NCBI GenBank assembly: GCA_050084985.1
Contig: JBITNC010000001.1
Location: forward strand, 37,014,001 to 37,078,000
DNA from: Nageia nagi
Taxonomy: Eukaryota > Plantae > Pinophyta
Direction: 5' to 3'
DNA length: 64,000 nucleotides
Below are positions 26,840 through 40,105 of this stretch, one piece after another. The translations under genes were made by a program, and so were the position numbers. The number at the start of each line of letters is the position of its first letter. The stretch's first letter is position 1. The notes beneath the pieces are model-generated. The model was not told the origin of the DNA. It saw only the letters and a list, made by a program, of their open reading frames with translations, and searched no databases.

Positions 26840-27500
26840 TCGTTGAAGAAATAATTAAAGTTGACATTGGTCAAGATACTAATACTTCTCATATTATGTT
26901 ACTTGGCAAGATTTTAACTAAAGTAAAGCAATATTTATTCATTAAGTTATATTAAAATATTTTCTTATAAATATTTTGATATGCCAAGATTGGATTCAAC
27001 AACACATTAGGGAACCTTGTGCTATAAGATCATGCCCTTTGGTTTAAATAATGTAGGTGCCACATACCAATGTACCATGATGTATATCTTTCATGACTAC
27101 ATGGGTAACATTGTTGAATTCTATTAAGATGATCTTTTGGCCAAATTTCAAACTCAATATACACACCTTGACATTCTTGCAAAGATTTTTGATTGACTTC
27201 TTGAGAATAGTGTAGGACTTAATCCTAAAAAGTATGTATTTGGTGTAACTTTTATAAAATGTTTGGGTTGCATTATATCAAGAAGAGGAATTGAGATTGA
27301 TCTTACTAAAAATTAAATCTATAACTAAAATGCCTTCCCTTTGCAACCTTAAAGAGATAAGAAGTTTATCATGTAAAATTAATGCAATCTATAGATTCAT
27401 TGCCCAATTATCTGACAAGTGCAAACCTTTTAATCATGTTTTGAAGAAAGGAGTAAAGTTTGAATGGATAGAGGAATTACAAGTAGATTTTGATAAAATC
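26840..27500 (+). pseudogene. pol: Element C reverse transcriptase (internal deletion)
   Basis: DMPRLD is joined to GTLCYKIMPFGLNNVGATYQ; Y*DD at 27122-27133; LNPKKYVFGV. Confidence 0.9.
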
Positions 27501-27920
27501 AAAAAATACTTTTTATCTCATCCTATTTGGATCACACCCAATCCTTCTAGGCCATTTCATTTATACATCTCTGCTACAGACATTTCCATTGGAACCATGT
27601 TGGCACAAAAGAATGACATGAACAAAGACCAATCTATTTATTATATAAGTAGAATTCTTGTTGACTATGAAGTTTGTTACACACATATTGAGAAATTGTG
27701 CCTTGATATTATCTTTGAAACATGTAAATTAAGATACTATATGCTAAATCACAAGACTTATTTTCTTGCTAGAAGTGATCCTTTGAGATACTTGATGAGC
27801 CATGCATATGTTAATTAATGCACATCTAAATGGATAATGCTATTAACTAAATTTGAGCTTGATTTTTTGAACCAAAAATCTATAAAAGGGAAAGTTATTA
27901 TTGATTAAATTGTTGAAGCT
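27500..27920 (+). pseudogene. pol: Element C native (tether-type) RNase H
   Basis: PFHLYISATDISIGTMLAQ..IYYISR..YTHIEKLCL..KLRYYML. Confidence 0.88.
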
Positions 27921-28019
27921 CCATTGCATGATTCACAACCTTTGGCACTTGATTTCCCTGATGATTCCATTTTTTCTTGCTTGAAGATGAAGAATTTATT
28001 AACACTAAAGTAGAGAACT

Positions 28020-28400
28020 TTGACATTACCCTTTTCATTGATGGTTCTAAATGCGAACAAGGGGTGGTACTAGTATTATTTTCATTACACCTTAAGGAGT
28101 ACCTATCCATTTGTCTTTTAAACTCAAATTTCCTTACACTAATAACATGGCTGAATATGACGCCCTTGTCCTTGGTCTTCAAATTTTAATTAAGCTAAAT
28201 TTCAAGAGTATTAAAATTATTAGTGATTCTTAACTTATTGTTAATAAATTCCTTGAAACTTATCAATGCCATAATGAGGTTTTAAAAAAGTATAAATCTA
28301 TTATTGATCAACTCCTCCTAAAATTTGATAAGTATACCATTGAATCATCTCCAAGATCCACCAATAGATTTGAAAACACCATGGCTTCCTTGGGTTCCCT
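28020..28400 (+). pseudogene. pol: Archaeal-type RNase H (aRH) between RH and INT
   Basis: TLFIDGSK, FPYTNNMAEYDALVLGL, IISDS*LIVN. Confidence 0.85.
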
Positions 28401-28566
28401 CATTCCCTCTCAATACAATCAAGACAAGCTCATTATCCATATCACCAAATTGCATGATTCCTTCTATAATGTTGGAACCATCATTAATCAGATTAAAATT
28501 GATAATGCTAATCCTTAGTATGCTCTTGTAAAAGATTTTCTCAATCTTGGAGTTTATCCCCAAGAT

Positions 28567-29770
28567 ATGACTAAAATTGAAAGAAGATGCTTTAAACAAA
28601 AATGTGCTAAATACACCTTGTTGGGAGACATACTTTATAAAATAAGCTATGAATACATCCTCTTAACATGTCTTGAACCTAATGAAATTCCCCTTGCAAT
28701 ATCACAAGCACATGATGGTACATGTGGTGGCTGCTTTAGTGGTATAGCAATTGTAAAACATTTGTTAAGAATGGGATACTTTTGGCCAACACTTGAAAAG
28801 AATTGTGTTTCATATATTTGTAAATGCATTAAGTGTTAGCAATTTGAAAACCTTCATCATTTACCTTCTCAAGATTTGCAACCCATTGTAACCATATGGA
28901 CCTTTTCATAATGGAGGTTAGACCTTATTGGTACAGTATATCCCCATTCTGCACAACGACACAAATTTATAATTACTTCCACTAAGTATTTCACCAAATG
29001 GGTATAATCCATGCCATTAATTGAAATAAAAGAACTTAAAATTATGGATTTCATTGAGACCAACCTCATTTGTAGATTTGGAATCTCTTCTAAATTAATT
29101 ATGGATAATGAAATCCCTTTTAAAAATAAATATGTTTGAGCTTTGTGTAAAAAATATCATGTCCAATTAAGTTTCTCTACACCATATTACCCTCAATTTA
29201 ATGGACAAGTTGAAGCCTATAATAAAACTATTATTAAAGCACTTTAAAACTTTGTTGGAGACTCAGAAAGGGATTGGCATACCAAAATTTCCTATGCATT
29301 ATGGGTCTATAGAAAAAGCATTCAAAAATGTACTAGAGTCATACCTTTTCCATTAGTTTATGGTGCTAAAGCTATTTTTCCCATGGAACTTGAATCCCAT
29401 CCATGCATGTTTATTTGTAGCAATTTATTGATGATACTACCTATAGATAGGATCAGCTTGCCCAACTTGATTTACTTGATGAGAAACACATAAGTGCACT
29501 TTAGCATTTGATAATATACCAAGAATGTAATAAAAAATCTTGTAATAAAAAAGTTCATTACCAATAATTTGAATTTGGTGACCTTTTCTTAAAGGAAAAC
29601 CAACAAATTACAAGTCAACCAAGAGTAGAATAAGGAAAATTTACACCTAATAGGTGGGTCCTTATATTGTAATGAGCAAATGTGGTTCTAGAGCCTACAA
29701 ATTGGCAATCTTGGATGGTTTTAAAGAGCTTGAACCAATCAACATCATTCACCTCTGTCCCTTCTATACC
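28567..29770 (+). pseudogene. pol: Element C integrase
   Basis: AHDGTCGGCFSG..MGYFWPT..CIKC, YFTKWV, CRFGI..LIMDN, PYYPQFNGQVE, ALWVYR, PFPLVYG. Confidence 0.92.
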
Positions 29771-32269
29771 TAGACTTCACAAGAAACCTTCAACTCTTCA
29801 AAAAATATTTTGCCAAAAATTAAAAAAAGAAAATCCCAAAAAGAATAAAATATTTAATAAGCACAAAAATAAATGCAAAAAATATAAAATTCAAAAAGAG
29901 TGTTGCATAGCATGTCCCTCAATCATAATCCTCCCTTTGTCTTGTCTTGGCATTATGAAAAGGTTTTCAAGAACTATAACAAGTAGTTCAAGGTTCCTTT
30001 TCATTTATCACTTGTCTTGTATCATCACTTTAGATCATTGTATTTGGAGTTGATACTCATTGTTGTCCCTCTTTTTAATGTCATTATACCTTTCTTGGGT
30101 GCATAAAAAAAAATCACTCATATCCTATCCATAATTAATCTAGTTATGTCTTCTTTTATTTGCATTATCACAATTTACTATGTATATATCACCATCATGA
30201 CGCTGACTATTGGATGATCTCTTCTACCTAGTATAGTATGAATCTAATACATGTCCTTCACATTAAAATGGAACTTGGTCTTTGTCTCTCTTCTTTTTCC
30301 ATAACATAATTTTTTCTTTCCACATCAATATTCCTCCATACTTCATCATTACATTCATATGTTGGGGACATTGAATGACACTACTTAGCAATATCTAAAA
30401 TTACTAGGCAAAAGAGATCAATTTATACATTAAGCTAGAAATCAACCCCAAATCCATTTTCACTTTTTTTTTTTCCCCTCATTTCTTTGTGATGTTATTT
30501 GATCTCTTTATTGTCTACTTATGTTAATGTTTAAGTCATTTTATCTTATTTTAATGAACTTTGCACTCTACCCCCTTTAACACTTTGAACTTTTTGGCTT
30601 TAATTTAACCTTTAAAAACTTGCTTAACCATGTTAATTTCCTATGCAACTTGCTTTTATTGATCCATAGTTCTAAATACAGTTGCATTCCATAGGTATCA
30701 TTGTGTTTTTGTTGCCCTCATATTTTGCTTATCCTCCTCAAGTGGGCTACTTGGTCACTTTGCATACTTTTTCAACCTATGTTAATTTATGTCATTTGAT
30801 CATTCTACCTTTACATTTTATCTTATTTTGTCTTGTTATGTCTTATTAGGCCTTAATAAGTAATTTCAACTCATTTTGTAACCATTTGCAAGTCCACTTT
30901 CTTTTTGGACCAAAGGTCCTGAAATTTGACCCTAGTAAAAATTGGCTATTTGATTTGTCATTTTGGAGTATCAAATATTTCCTATTTCTAGATCTATGTT
31001 TTTTCTCATCCTCCATTAATATAAATGTGATCAGCATGTCAAATTTCATAACCTATTTTCCTCATTTTTTCAATTTTTGTAAGTTACTCCCAAGACTACC
31101 CATGAAGGTGCCATTTTAGTGACCAATAAAGGTTTTTCACAAAGTTAAAATTGGCTTCAATTTTCACTTAGAAAATAAGTCAAATGAGATCCATTTTTCA
31201 AGCCATTTTTTCCAGCACTTAAATTTTTCATCAACCTATCATATTGTCAAACTTGTTTGATAAACTAACGTGATGGTTGCTTGTTTTTTAGTGTCAAAGT
31301 TGGTCATTATTCACCTTTTCAAAAGTGTTAAAATTATCAAGGTTTCATTTTGGTCCATTTCAATTACATTTGTACACCCCATTTGAGTCATTACTTTTTC
31401 ATGTTGTTGTTATTCACTTAAGTTGAATTTGTAAGTATGTGATTGCGATGCTTATTCATATGTATGGTGTGGCTTTTTTTTAGTCTCTTCTCATGATATT
31501 TTGATTTTAAATTTGTTCACAAATTTAGTGTATTTTTACTTCTTTGTGACACTTGTTACCATTTTTTCTTATTGTCATTGATTCTACTTATCTTTTTATG
31601 AAATTATTTTGTCTTTTTAATCTTATACTTGTCATTTTATTGCTCCTTTACTTGTTATTTTACTTGTGTCATGATGTTATTATCTTGTTACCTTTTTATT
31701 ATCTTTTTATCTTATATTGCTTATTATTTTTTTTCATTTCCTTCATATTATTCATTGATTATTTTATAGAAATCTTTTTATTATTCTTGTTATTATCTTT
31801 CAACAACTTGTATCACTTAAATATGTTGTTTAATCTCATTCTCATTATCACTTAGTTATCACTTTTTTATTTTTATCCTTATTTTTATGTAAAGATTGTT
31901 TACTTTTGAATGTGATTAACCATACATGTTCATTTTTCCATGCATACTATAAACAAAAATTTAAACTTAGAATATTTCATTCTCATGTACAAACATAGAT
32001 CATAAACATGAAACATGCATTGCATCCATTAAAACATAGTCTAAATCATCATAAAAATACACCTAGTGCATACATCTACAACATGCATTACATCCATATA
32101 AATATTGCATATAAAACATCTAACTCATACATGCATAACAACTATAAAGTATTACCTCAAAATATAGGTACATACATCAAAATCAACCTCCTAGCCATAA
32201 AAAATTACATCATATAATAATAGTACATATTTTGCATAGAATACATCCAAAAATTTACATGTCTAACTC

Positions 32270-34040
32270 ATCCATGATTCCTCAAATGATATGTCCTTGA
32301 TGGTCATGAGGAGTGGTTGTGTGACTGGTTAGACTATCCTGAATGGTAATGGGAGCCCTATGATGTTGTGGGAGTCTATTGAGTTCCCCAAATCATCATC
32401 ATCCTTAATTATATCAACATCTCTAGAATCAAATGTTAAATCCATTCAAACTCCTCCTTGTAGGCTACGACTCTCTCATTCACCTCCCTGAGGTGATAAG
32501 TTTATCCTTGTATTATTTTCTCCAAGATGGTGATGCATTGTTACCTTACCAACAACTCCCCCTCCAACTATGCTATCCTTAAGTGTGCTACTACCAACTC
32601 CCCCTCTAGCTATGCTATCCTTAAGTGTGTAACTACCATATCTCATCCCTCCTATGTTGTAGGAGGACCCATCACTTCTCCACCCATCCCCTAACCCTCC
32701 TAACCATAGTCCATCCCCTAACCCTAGTTTCCTCCATCTCCTTTAACACCCCCACCATCCCCAACATCCCATCCTCCATCATCTTCATCATCACCTCCAT
32801 CACCATCATCCACACCACCTATAACCATTTCCATTGCAACTCCAATCACCATCCCACCATATCCCCCATCCCCACCTATTGAGATAACCACTATTGGTAG
32901 TTATACAAACCAATACTAATCATAGGTAGGTATGGTACTTTCATCTCTCACCATCAAGACCATCACTAGGGATCTAGATCTAGCCCCACCTCTACAACTA
33001 CCACTAGTAGCCCATCTAACCTAAACTTGCTATATAGTATAGGTACCCCAAGCACATCCTATATCAACCCTACCTTTTGAGTATCTCTATCAAAATAGAA
33101 GAACTCAACCTCTCCTCATTGAGTTCTCATCCACCTAGACCTTAGTATCCTACTAATCTATAGCCCATTCTTTATCCATATCATCCTATCCAAGTAGGAC
33201 CTCCATACAAAATCTTATGGCCTCATCCTCATGATCACTAGCCTATAAAATGTTAGGTCCCTAATGTGGGGATGCCATGTTTGAGGATCATAGTAACTAC
33301 CCCATTGTAGTACATAAGGTACCTTTGTGCCTACATCTTCCTTACATTATATGTCATATGGTAGCCCTACTATCCTACCAACTTGGATGTGCTCCCATCC
33401 CTATATATGGAGAAGGAGAGAGCATGCCATACCCCATCATCATTATAGTCTGATCTCTCCTAGCTCTTTATATACCAACACTAATAATGTAGGTCTCTAT
33501 GTAAAACCTATCCCATCCTCATGCATTTGTATTAGTACATCACATATCTTCCAGGGGAAGAGCACCCTAAAAGAATTTGGATAGATGTGTATGGTGATGA
33601 TCACCATTGCAAATACCAATTATGCCTTGCAAAGGCCATCCCTGTAGGTGTCCTCATAGTCAAATTTGCCTATCCCCCATTGAAACTATCACTAGTCTAC
33701 TTTGATCTATCTTGTTATGATCACCTATTAATTAATGTCTAATCCTAATCTAATCATGGGGTCTCCCTCTATTGATAACCTAAAAATCATCCATATATCC
33801 TTGAGAGTGATGTTACACTCCCTAGTAGGTAGTATGAAGGTGTTGGTGGAGGCATCCCACCTCTCCATCAATGTTATCATGGGATCCATCATCTTGATGT
33901 ATTCAATCCCAACCATGAAGAGCCACTCCCATTACTCATTGCTTATCATCCATTGTAGTAGGTCCCAAATGGACCTAAAATGGTGTTGCATGTCCACTCT
34001 CTCATTGACCTATCCAAAATCACAAAAAATTAATTCTAGT
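32270..34040 (-). pseudogene. Antisense extra ORF with plant mobile domain (aminotransferase-like PMD) and a low-complexity/coiled-coil C-terminus
   Basis: ORF 33728-33916: LMERWDASTNTFILPTRECNITLKDIWMIFRLSIEGDP; GWEHI at ~33385-33400; Gly/Asp/Arg-rich tail at 32650-32900. Ends are approximate. Confidence 0.85.
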
Positions 34041-34875
34041 AAAAAACACCTAGGCTCAAGGTATTTCTTTTCTTGGCCTTTCAGAAATGTCGTACCCCCT
34101 ACATTTTTAGTAGGGAAACATAGGGACCCCTTGCATTTCCACCTTAAAAATGTTGAGGCCCCTTGCATTTCCAATTTTCCCCATGTTTGGTCCTGGATGC
34201 AATCTAAATCCTACATTTTTGGTCTTCTCTCTACCTATCTATGTATAATATATTATTGTACCCCTTTTCCTAGTTCATTTTAGTCATTTTTATTTAGATT
34301 TTTCGTCCTCGTTTCTATTTTCCTATCCATCCTAGTTTTGCAATTAAATTAACTTAAAAACTTAATTAATCACAAGATTAGGGTTTAGCACCAACCTAGA
34401 TAGCCTATGGCTTTTTCTAGTGGTGGGGTCTATATGCCATGTTAGTAAGTCATCTATCTAATAGGAGGAGGTTGTAGGATTAGAGCCTCATCAACAAGAA
34501 TGAATAAATTCAAATAAGCTAATTCAGCACTAGGTTTCCATTTTTAAAGTTGATTGATTAGAAATGCATCCATATTTTTTCATTTCCAAAAAATGTCATA
34601 GCATTTCTAAAATGTAGGTGCATTTGAGAAATGTAGTTGCATTTATGTAACATGGCCATGTTTCAAAAATGTAGCTATGTTTTGTCTCTTCCTTCTCTTT
34701 TCCTCAAATTTTTATTATTAAATGCATCCTTTTATTCTTTTCCTTATCATAAATGCATTTAAGGGGGGTCAAACATATCACTTGGGGCAATTAACCATCA
34801 TATCACATTCATATCATATAACTCAAATTTAGGTTTTTGCATTGCATTTAACCTATGCAAAATGTAAATAAAAAA

Positions 34876-36524
34876 TGTAGACACTTAAATCTAAAACTAT
34901 GCACTAAATTTGGAATAAAATTCTTTTATTATTAGCATGCTTGATTATTTAGTCAATCTAGTTACATTTAATGATACCTTATCAAATATTGATTATTGAG
35001 TATTTGTTATCATAGTCATTTTCATTAGAAAATGTAATTAAAGTTAGTCATGCTTAATGTATTTTCAATCATATTCATTTGCTTTGGAATTATAATTAAA
35101 CTTAGTCATGTTTATTGCATTTCGATCACAATCATTTTCTTTGGAATCACAATTAAACTTAGCCATATTTATTGTATTTAGATCATAGTCATTTATTTTA
35201 AAAATATGATTAAACTTAGTCATGTTTATCACATTTTGATCATATTTTTTTGGGAAAAATAATTAATATTAATCATATTAATTATGTTTTCAATCATAAT
35301 CATTTTTTGGTTAAAGTGCAATTAAATTTAGTCATATTTATTATACTTTGGACTATAGTCATTTATTTGAAAATTATAATTAGCATTAGTCATGTTAGTT
35401 ATAATTTTGATCTTAGTTGCTTATGTCTAAAATGTAATGATCATTTACTTTGTATTATCAAAATATTGTTATATTGATGTTTATTAATGTTAGTCACATT
35501 AATATGACTAATTTATTTATTATTTATTTTGTAAGAAAATAGTTTGATAGATTTTAAACCTCACCTTGCTTTGTCATTGATGAATCATATAACAAGAAAA
35601 TAAGAAAATTTAAGGCTCAATTCATTAATTGATGACTCACTTGTAATGCTCCAAATATGCTTAGAAAACAAAAGACAAAAGAAATGAATGGATATGTCTC
35701 CCATTAGATCCAATTCAAATTGAATTAGAGATCAATCAAGCAAAAACCATTTTGAATTTGAAATTCATATGAATTCTAGATTAGTGATTTGGCATGTCTA
35801 ATAATTCTATGTAATTAGGCTTCCACCTCCATTTTGAGGCTAGAAACTAATGCATACATTGAGATTCAAATTTGTTGATTCCTGAGTCCTTGAAGAAACA
35901 AATTTCAAAGTTATTACATCCAACAATCTCTCATGAGCATCTAGGAAGAGTGATTGGGAAGCATTGGTCTTGGGGCAATATGGAAGTCATTCATTTCAAA
36001 CCTTTTTCCTCTTATAATACTAAATACATTCCCATCACATTTCTTAATCTTATTTTTGTGTTCTATTTCTATAGTAGGCTTATCTCATCCTATCATGTGT
36101 ACTAGATTTTGAATCTTATCCTTTGTATTTTTAGGTTATGAAATGCCTAGGGTCCCCACATTTTAATAAATAAATACCCTTACATTATAAAAATGCCCCC
36201 ACATTTCAAAAATGCCTAGGGTCACTACATTTTGATAGTAAGTATAGTTTGGCATCATTTTGGGATCCAATTAGCTACATTAGGTACCATCATTGAAACA
36301 TAGCATCATTAGGTAGTCTCTGGTGTTTCTTAACACCACCTTGAGATGGTTACATTATGATCATTTAAGCTTTGGATTCAAATGGATGGCTTGAAGAAGC
36401 CTCTTTAAGGGTTTTAACCAAGTTTTTTTTGTAGTTTATTCTTATAGGGTCTATCTAGCCTATACATACTAGTTTAATATTTAGGTCCAAGTGATCTTGA
36501 AAGGGATCACTTTTATTTGAAACA
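34876..36524 (+). repeat. Element C 3' LTR
   Basis: TGTAGACACTTA...TTTGAAACA; carries the same ~57-bp array at ~34985-35440. Confidence 0.95.
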
Positions 36525-37173
36525 ACAATAGCTTTAGACCTTGTTATAGTTTTGGAACTTTCCATATCAATAAAGCTATCATGGTAGTATTTATTGGTTT
36601 TATGAATATGGATGCCCTTGCATTTAATTCCTTTGATATGGAATACATGGCCTTGTTTTATTTTTATGTCCATGGTTTTTATTGCTAATGTTTCCATAGT
36701 CATACAATCTTGTCACTTAATCACCAAAATGATATGAATATCACTTTCACTCATCTCTATCAAGATGGGTGATTGAAGTATGCAATGAACATTTTGATTA
36801 CTTCAAATATAAAGACACATGAATCTCTATGTTGATTAAACATCTCCAAAAAATACTCACTTCATTACACTCACTCTAGATGCATTTGAAATCATATTTT
36901 AATAGAAGTAGAAATAGAAATGGATGTTTGTTGTAGAGATTTTAACAAAACATAGCATAATGCTTTCATCAGTTGAAAATCATCTTCTATCAAGAACATA
37001 TCCTACTACTTTCATCACCTAAGAAAATCTCTCCAACTATCCATAAATTTCCTATGGGATGTGATATGTCTCACATAAAAAAATATGAACCTATATTTTA
37101 ACCAAAATTTAATTGCATCCATGTACTTTTTTGGATGCCTCTATCTTTTATCATTGTTTGATAAGATGCATGA

Positions 37174-40105
37174 TGTAGACCTAGTATGATGGATTGCAAT
37201 GATCACATGGTATGCACAAAATGGAAATGTTGAAAGGGACTATGAATCATTTAATAAAATGCTTCATTATATTAATCTTTTGAATTGATAATGAAATAAA
37301 TCCTATGTTCTTCTATTTTAAAATGGATCTTGTATGAAGTGTCTTTTTTGTTTTACTTTTATTTTTTGAAGTTAATTAATACAAATAAAAATAAATTCTA
37401 ATATTTAAATTAATGGTAATATTATTCTACAACTCAAATGGGAAAGAATGCAATCATCAATGGTAATGCACCACTCAAAAGTTTTTAGAACATCAAATGA
37501 AATTGGATTGAATCTTTAGAACACACTCCAACAATCATTACAATTTGGAATAAACATTAAATACAATCTATAGGCCATGGGTGACCTTGGCTATTTAGTT
37601 TTTATTCCAACTACAAAACAAAATAAAGAGATAATATTTTTAAAAAAATCACTACTCAATACTAACTAGTAGGCCAATTTTGATAAGGTCTAACCAGTTG
37701 GCTAGTTAGATAATTGATCTATAAGACACTAACTCTCAGTTTGTATGTGAAAGCTAAAAATAGTGAGATTGAAATATGGGAGTTTTGAATAAGTTAATTT
37801 ACTATCATGTCTTCAAACTCTACATACTACCCCTTACTGATAAGAGGAACAATAATAAAGTCTCTTAGTAGTATAAATTAAGATTTTACCACTAATTTTG
37901 TAAATATATTATTAACTTGATCTTGAGTTGGATAATACCTCAATTTTACTATCCCCTTCTCCACCAAATTATGAATGAATTGGTTCTTTAAATAAAATAT
38001 ATATTTTATAATGATGGATAGGGTTTTGTGCCAACTTAATGGCACCTTGGTTTTCATAAAAAATGGTAGTTGCATCTTTTTTCTCCTCTCTAATCTCTTT
38101 CAACACTTTTCTTAACCATAAAACCTATGTTTAAGCACTTGTCACTACCACATACTTAACCTTAGTGCTTGAAAGAGATACAATGGATTATTTTCTTGAG
38201 ATCCATGATACCAAACCTAATCCAAGAGATAATAAATTCCCACTTGTGCTCTTTCTATCATCCAAATCATTGCCTCAATCATTGTCACTAAAACCTATGA
38301 GTTTGAACTAGGAACTATATGTGTAATGTATTCCAAAATTAACTTTTCCATTCACATATCTAAGGATTATCTTTGCTACCTTGATATGTATAATGGATGT
38401 ATCATTCATATATATTACAACCAATGAAATACTAAATTGAAAATATGGTATTGGGTTTGTTAGAAACATGATACTTCTAACAATACTTATATACTTTTTC
38501 TTGTTTACTTTTGGTGGTCCATCTTCTTTGCAAATGTGTTCTCCATAGGGTGTAGGTGTTACAACAAGTATGTAATTATCCATTTTGAACTTCTTTAACA
38601 TATCATGTGCATATTTGGATTAATACATAAAATTCTCTTCTTTTATTTCATGCACCTCCAAACCAAGGAAGTAGCTCATAAAACCAAGATATTTTAGTTC
38701 AAACTCAACCATAATTGGAGTTTTGAAATCTCCATTCATCTTGCTATTGCTTCCCATAAAAATTAATTCATCTACATACAAATAAACAACCAAAATATCT
38801 TATCCATATTTATTAAAATACAAAGTAGATTCACTTACACTTCTTTGAAAGCCCACACTTTTGAATTATCCATATATTATAGTGTACCAAGATCTTGAAG
38901 CTTGCTTCAATACATATAGTGCCTTCTTGAATTCATATTTTTGGAATTCTCTTCCTTGTATCTCAAAGCATTGAGGTTGTGCTACATACACCTCTTCATA
39001 GATGTACCCATATAGATAGGAACTTTTTACATTAATATGTTGAACTATAGCTAAAGAGAGTACTAATCTTATTGTTTCTTATCTTGTAATAGGTGTAAAT
39101 ATCTCCTCAAAATCCACACCATACTTTTATGTGAATCCTTTTTCCATGAGCATTTTTTATACCTTTCAATGCTCCCATCACTTTTGCATTTTTTTTATAC
39201 ACCCACTTGAAACCAATCACCTTTTTTACCTTTAGGAAACTCACAAAGTTCCCAAGTATCATTATTCTCAATAACATTAATTTCCTATTTCATAGATTGC
39301 ATTTGAATACCATTAGAATAAGCTTATTTGAAATAATATTGCTCAACAAAAGTTACATTTGAAATAGAATTTGAACTAGAGGAGTAGAAATCATAGTTTA
39401 CCATTTCTCCTTTGGGTTCCCCATTATCTTAATCTCCATAGAACTAAATGTTTTCTAGACTTGTCATTAGATTTTGCATCTCTTGGATTTGACTCCCTAT
39501 AATTCTCCTCATGGTGTAACTTGGTGGGTAAAATTTCAACCATATATTTCCTTTGGTATCTTGATTCATAATCCTTGTATTGGGATAACTTGGTGCACTC
39601 ACATTTGTTAGTGTTGTGGTGGAGTTAGAGGTTCTTGGTGAGCTTGGAACACTCACACTTGATGGTTTTTTATGAGTCACAACATGGCTAGGTTGCACTT
39701 TTGATGATGTCATCTCCTCCAAATTCTCATCTACAAACAATTCTTGTTGCAATTTTTTATTACAATACTCTTCTCCATCATCAAAAATCATCTCTATATA
39801 TAATAGTCTTATGAGTCTTGGGATTTTAGAATTTATAATCTTTTGAATACTCATAATATCCTATAAACATAAAGCTTCAGATTTTGCATCTAACTTTCTC
39901 CTCTTTTCATCTTTCACATGGACATATGCAAGACAACCAAAGATTCTCAAGTGTTGCAAATTTGGTTTTCTCTCAAACCAAGCTTCATAGGGGTGAATTT
40001 ATCCAAACTTCTTTTATGATACCTACTCAAAATGTACATAACTATTCTTACTTCTTTATCCCAATAAATATTGGATAGTTTCTTGCTTTACATCATGCTT
40101 CTAGT
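37174..40105 (-). mobile_element. Ty1/copia element, 3' half (INT end-RT-RH-PPT-LTR), interrupted at 40106
   Basis: Copia domain order on the minus strand. PPT TAAGGGGTAG (~37827-37836) precedes TGTAGAG at 37824. Candidate LTR 37174-37824 is bounded by TGTAGA/TCTACA. Confidence 0.85.
37845..40105 (-). pseudogene. pol: Copia pol remnant
   Basis: INT tail (TRSMM*SKK, LDAKSEALCFIGY); ENNDTWEL..KKVIGFKWVY; YVAQPQCFE; KKALYVLKQASRSWY; LYVDE at ~38767-38781; RH end YYPTQDQVNNIFTK. Confidence 0.92.

Larger units (their letters stand above)
20079..36524 (+). mobile_element. Element C: full-span Ogre/Tat Ty3/gypsy retrotransposon (16.4 kb), decayed
   Basis: LTRs of 1646 and 1649 bp, TSD ACAAT (20074-20078 / 36525-36529), Arg-type PBS, domain order gag-PR-G-patch-RT-RH-aRH-INT, long 3' region with antisense PMD. 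Confidence 0.95.

Noticed and set aside
31553-31855. Hydrophobic 100-aa ORF resembling a membrane or env protein
   Set aside because: The F/L/I/Y composition is explained by T-rich low-complexity DNA in the 3' UTR of element C.
33735-34283. Longest ORF in the track (182 aa, + strand)
   Set aside because: It is the shadow frame opposite the PMD coding strand and has no motifs.
36455-37150. Possible very old copia RT remnant on the minus strand
   Set aside because: Similarity is too weak to support by eye; it needs a translated HMM search.
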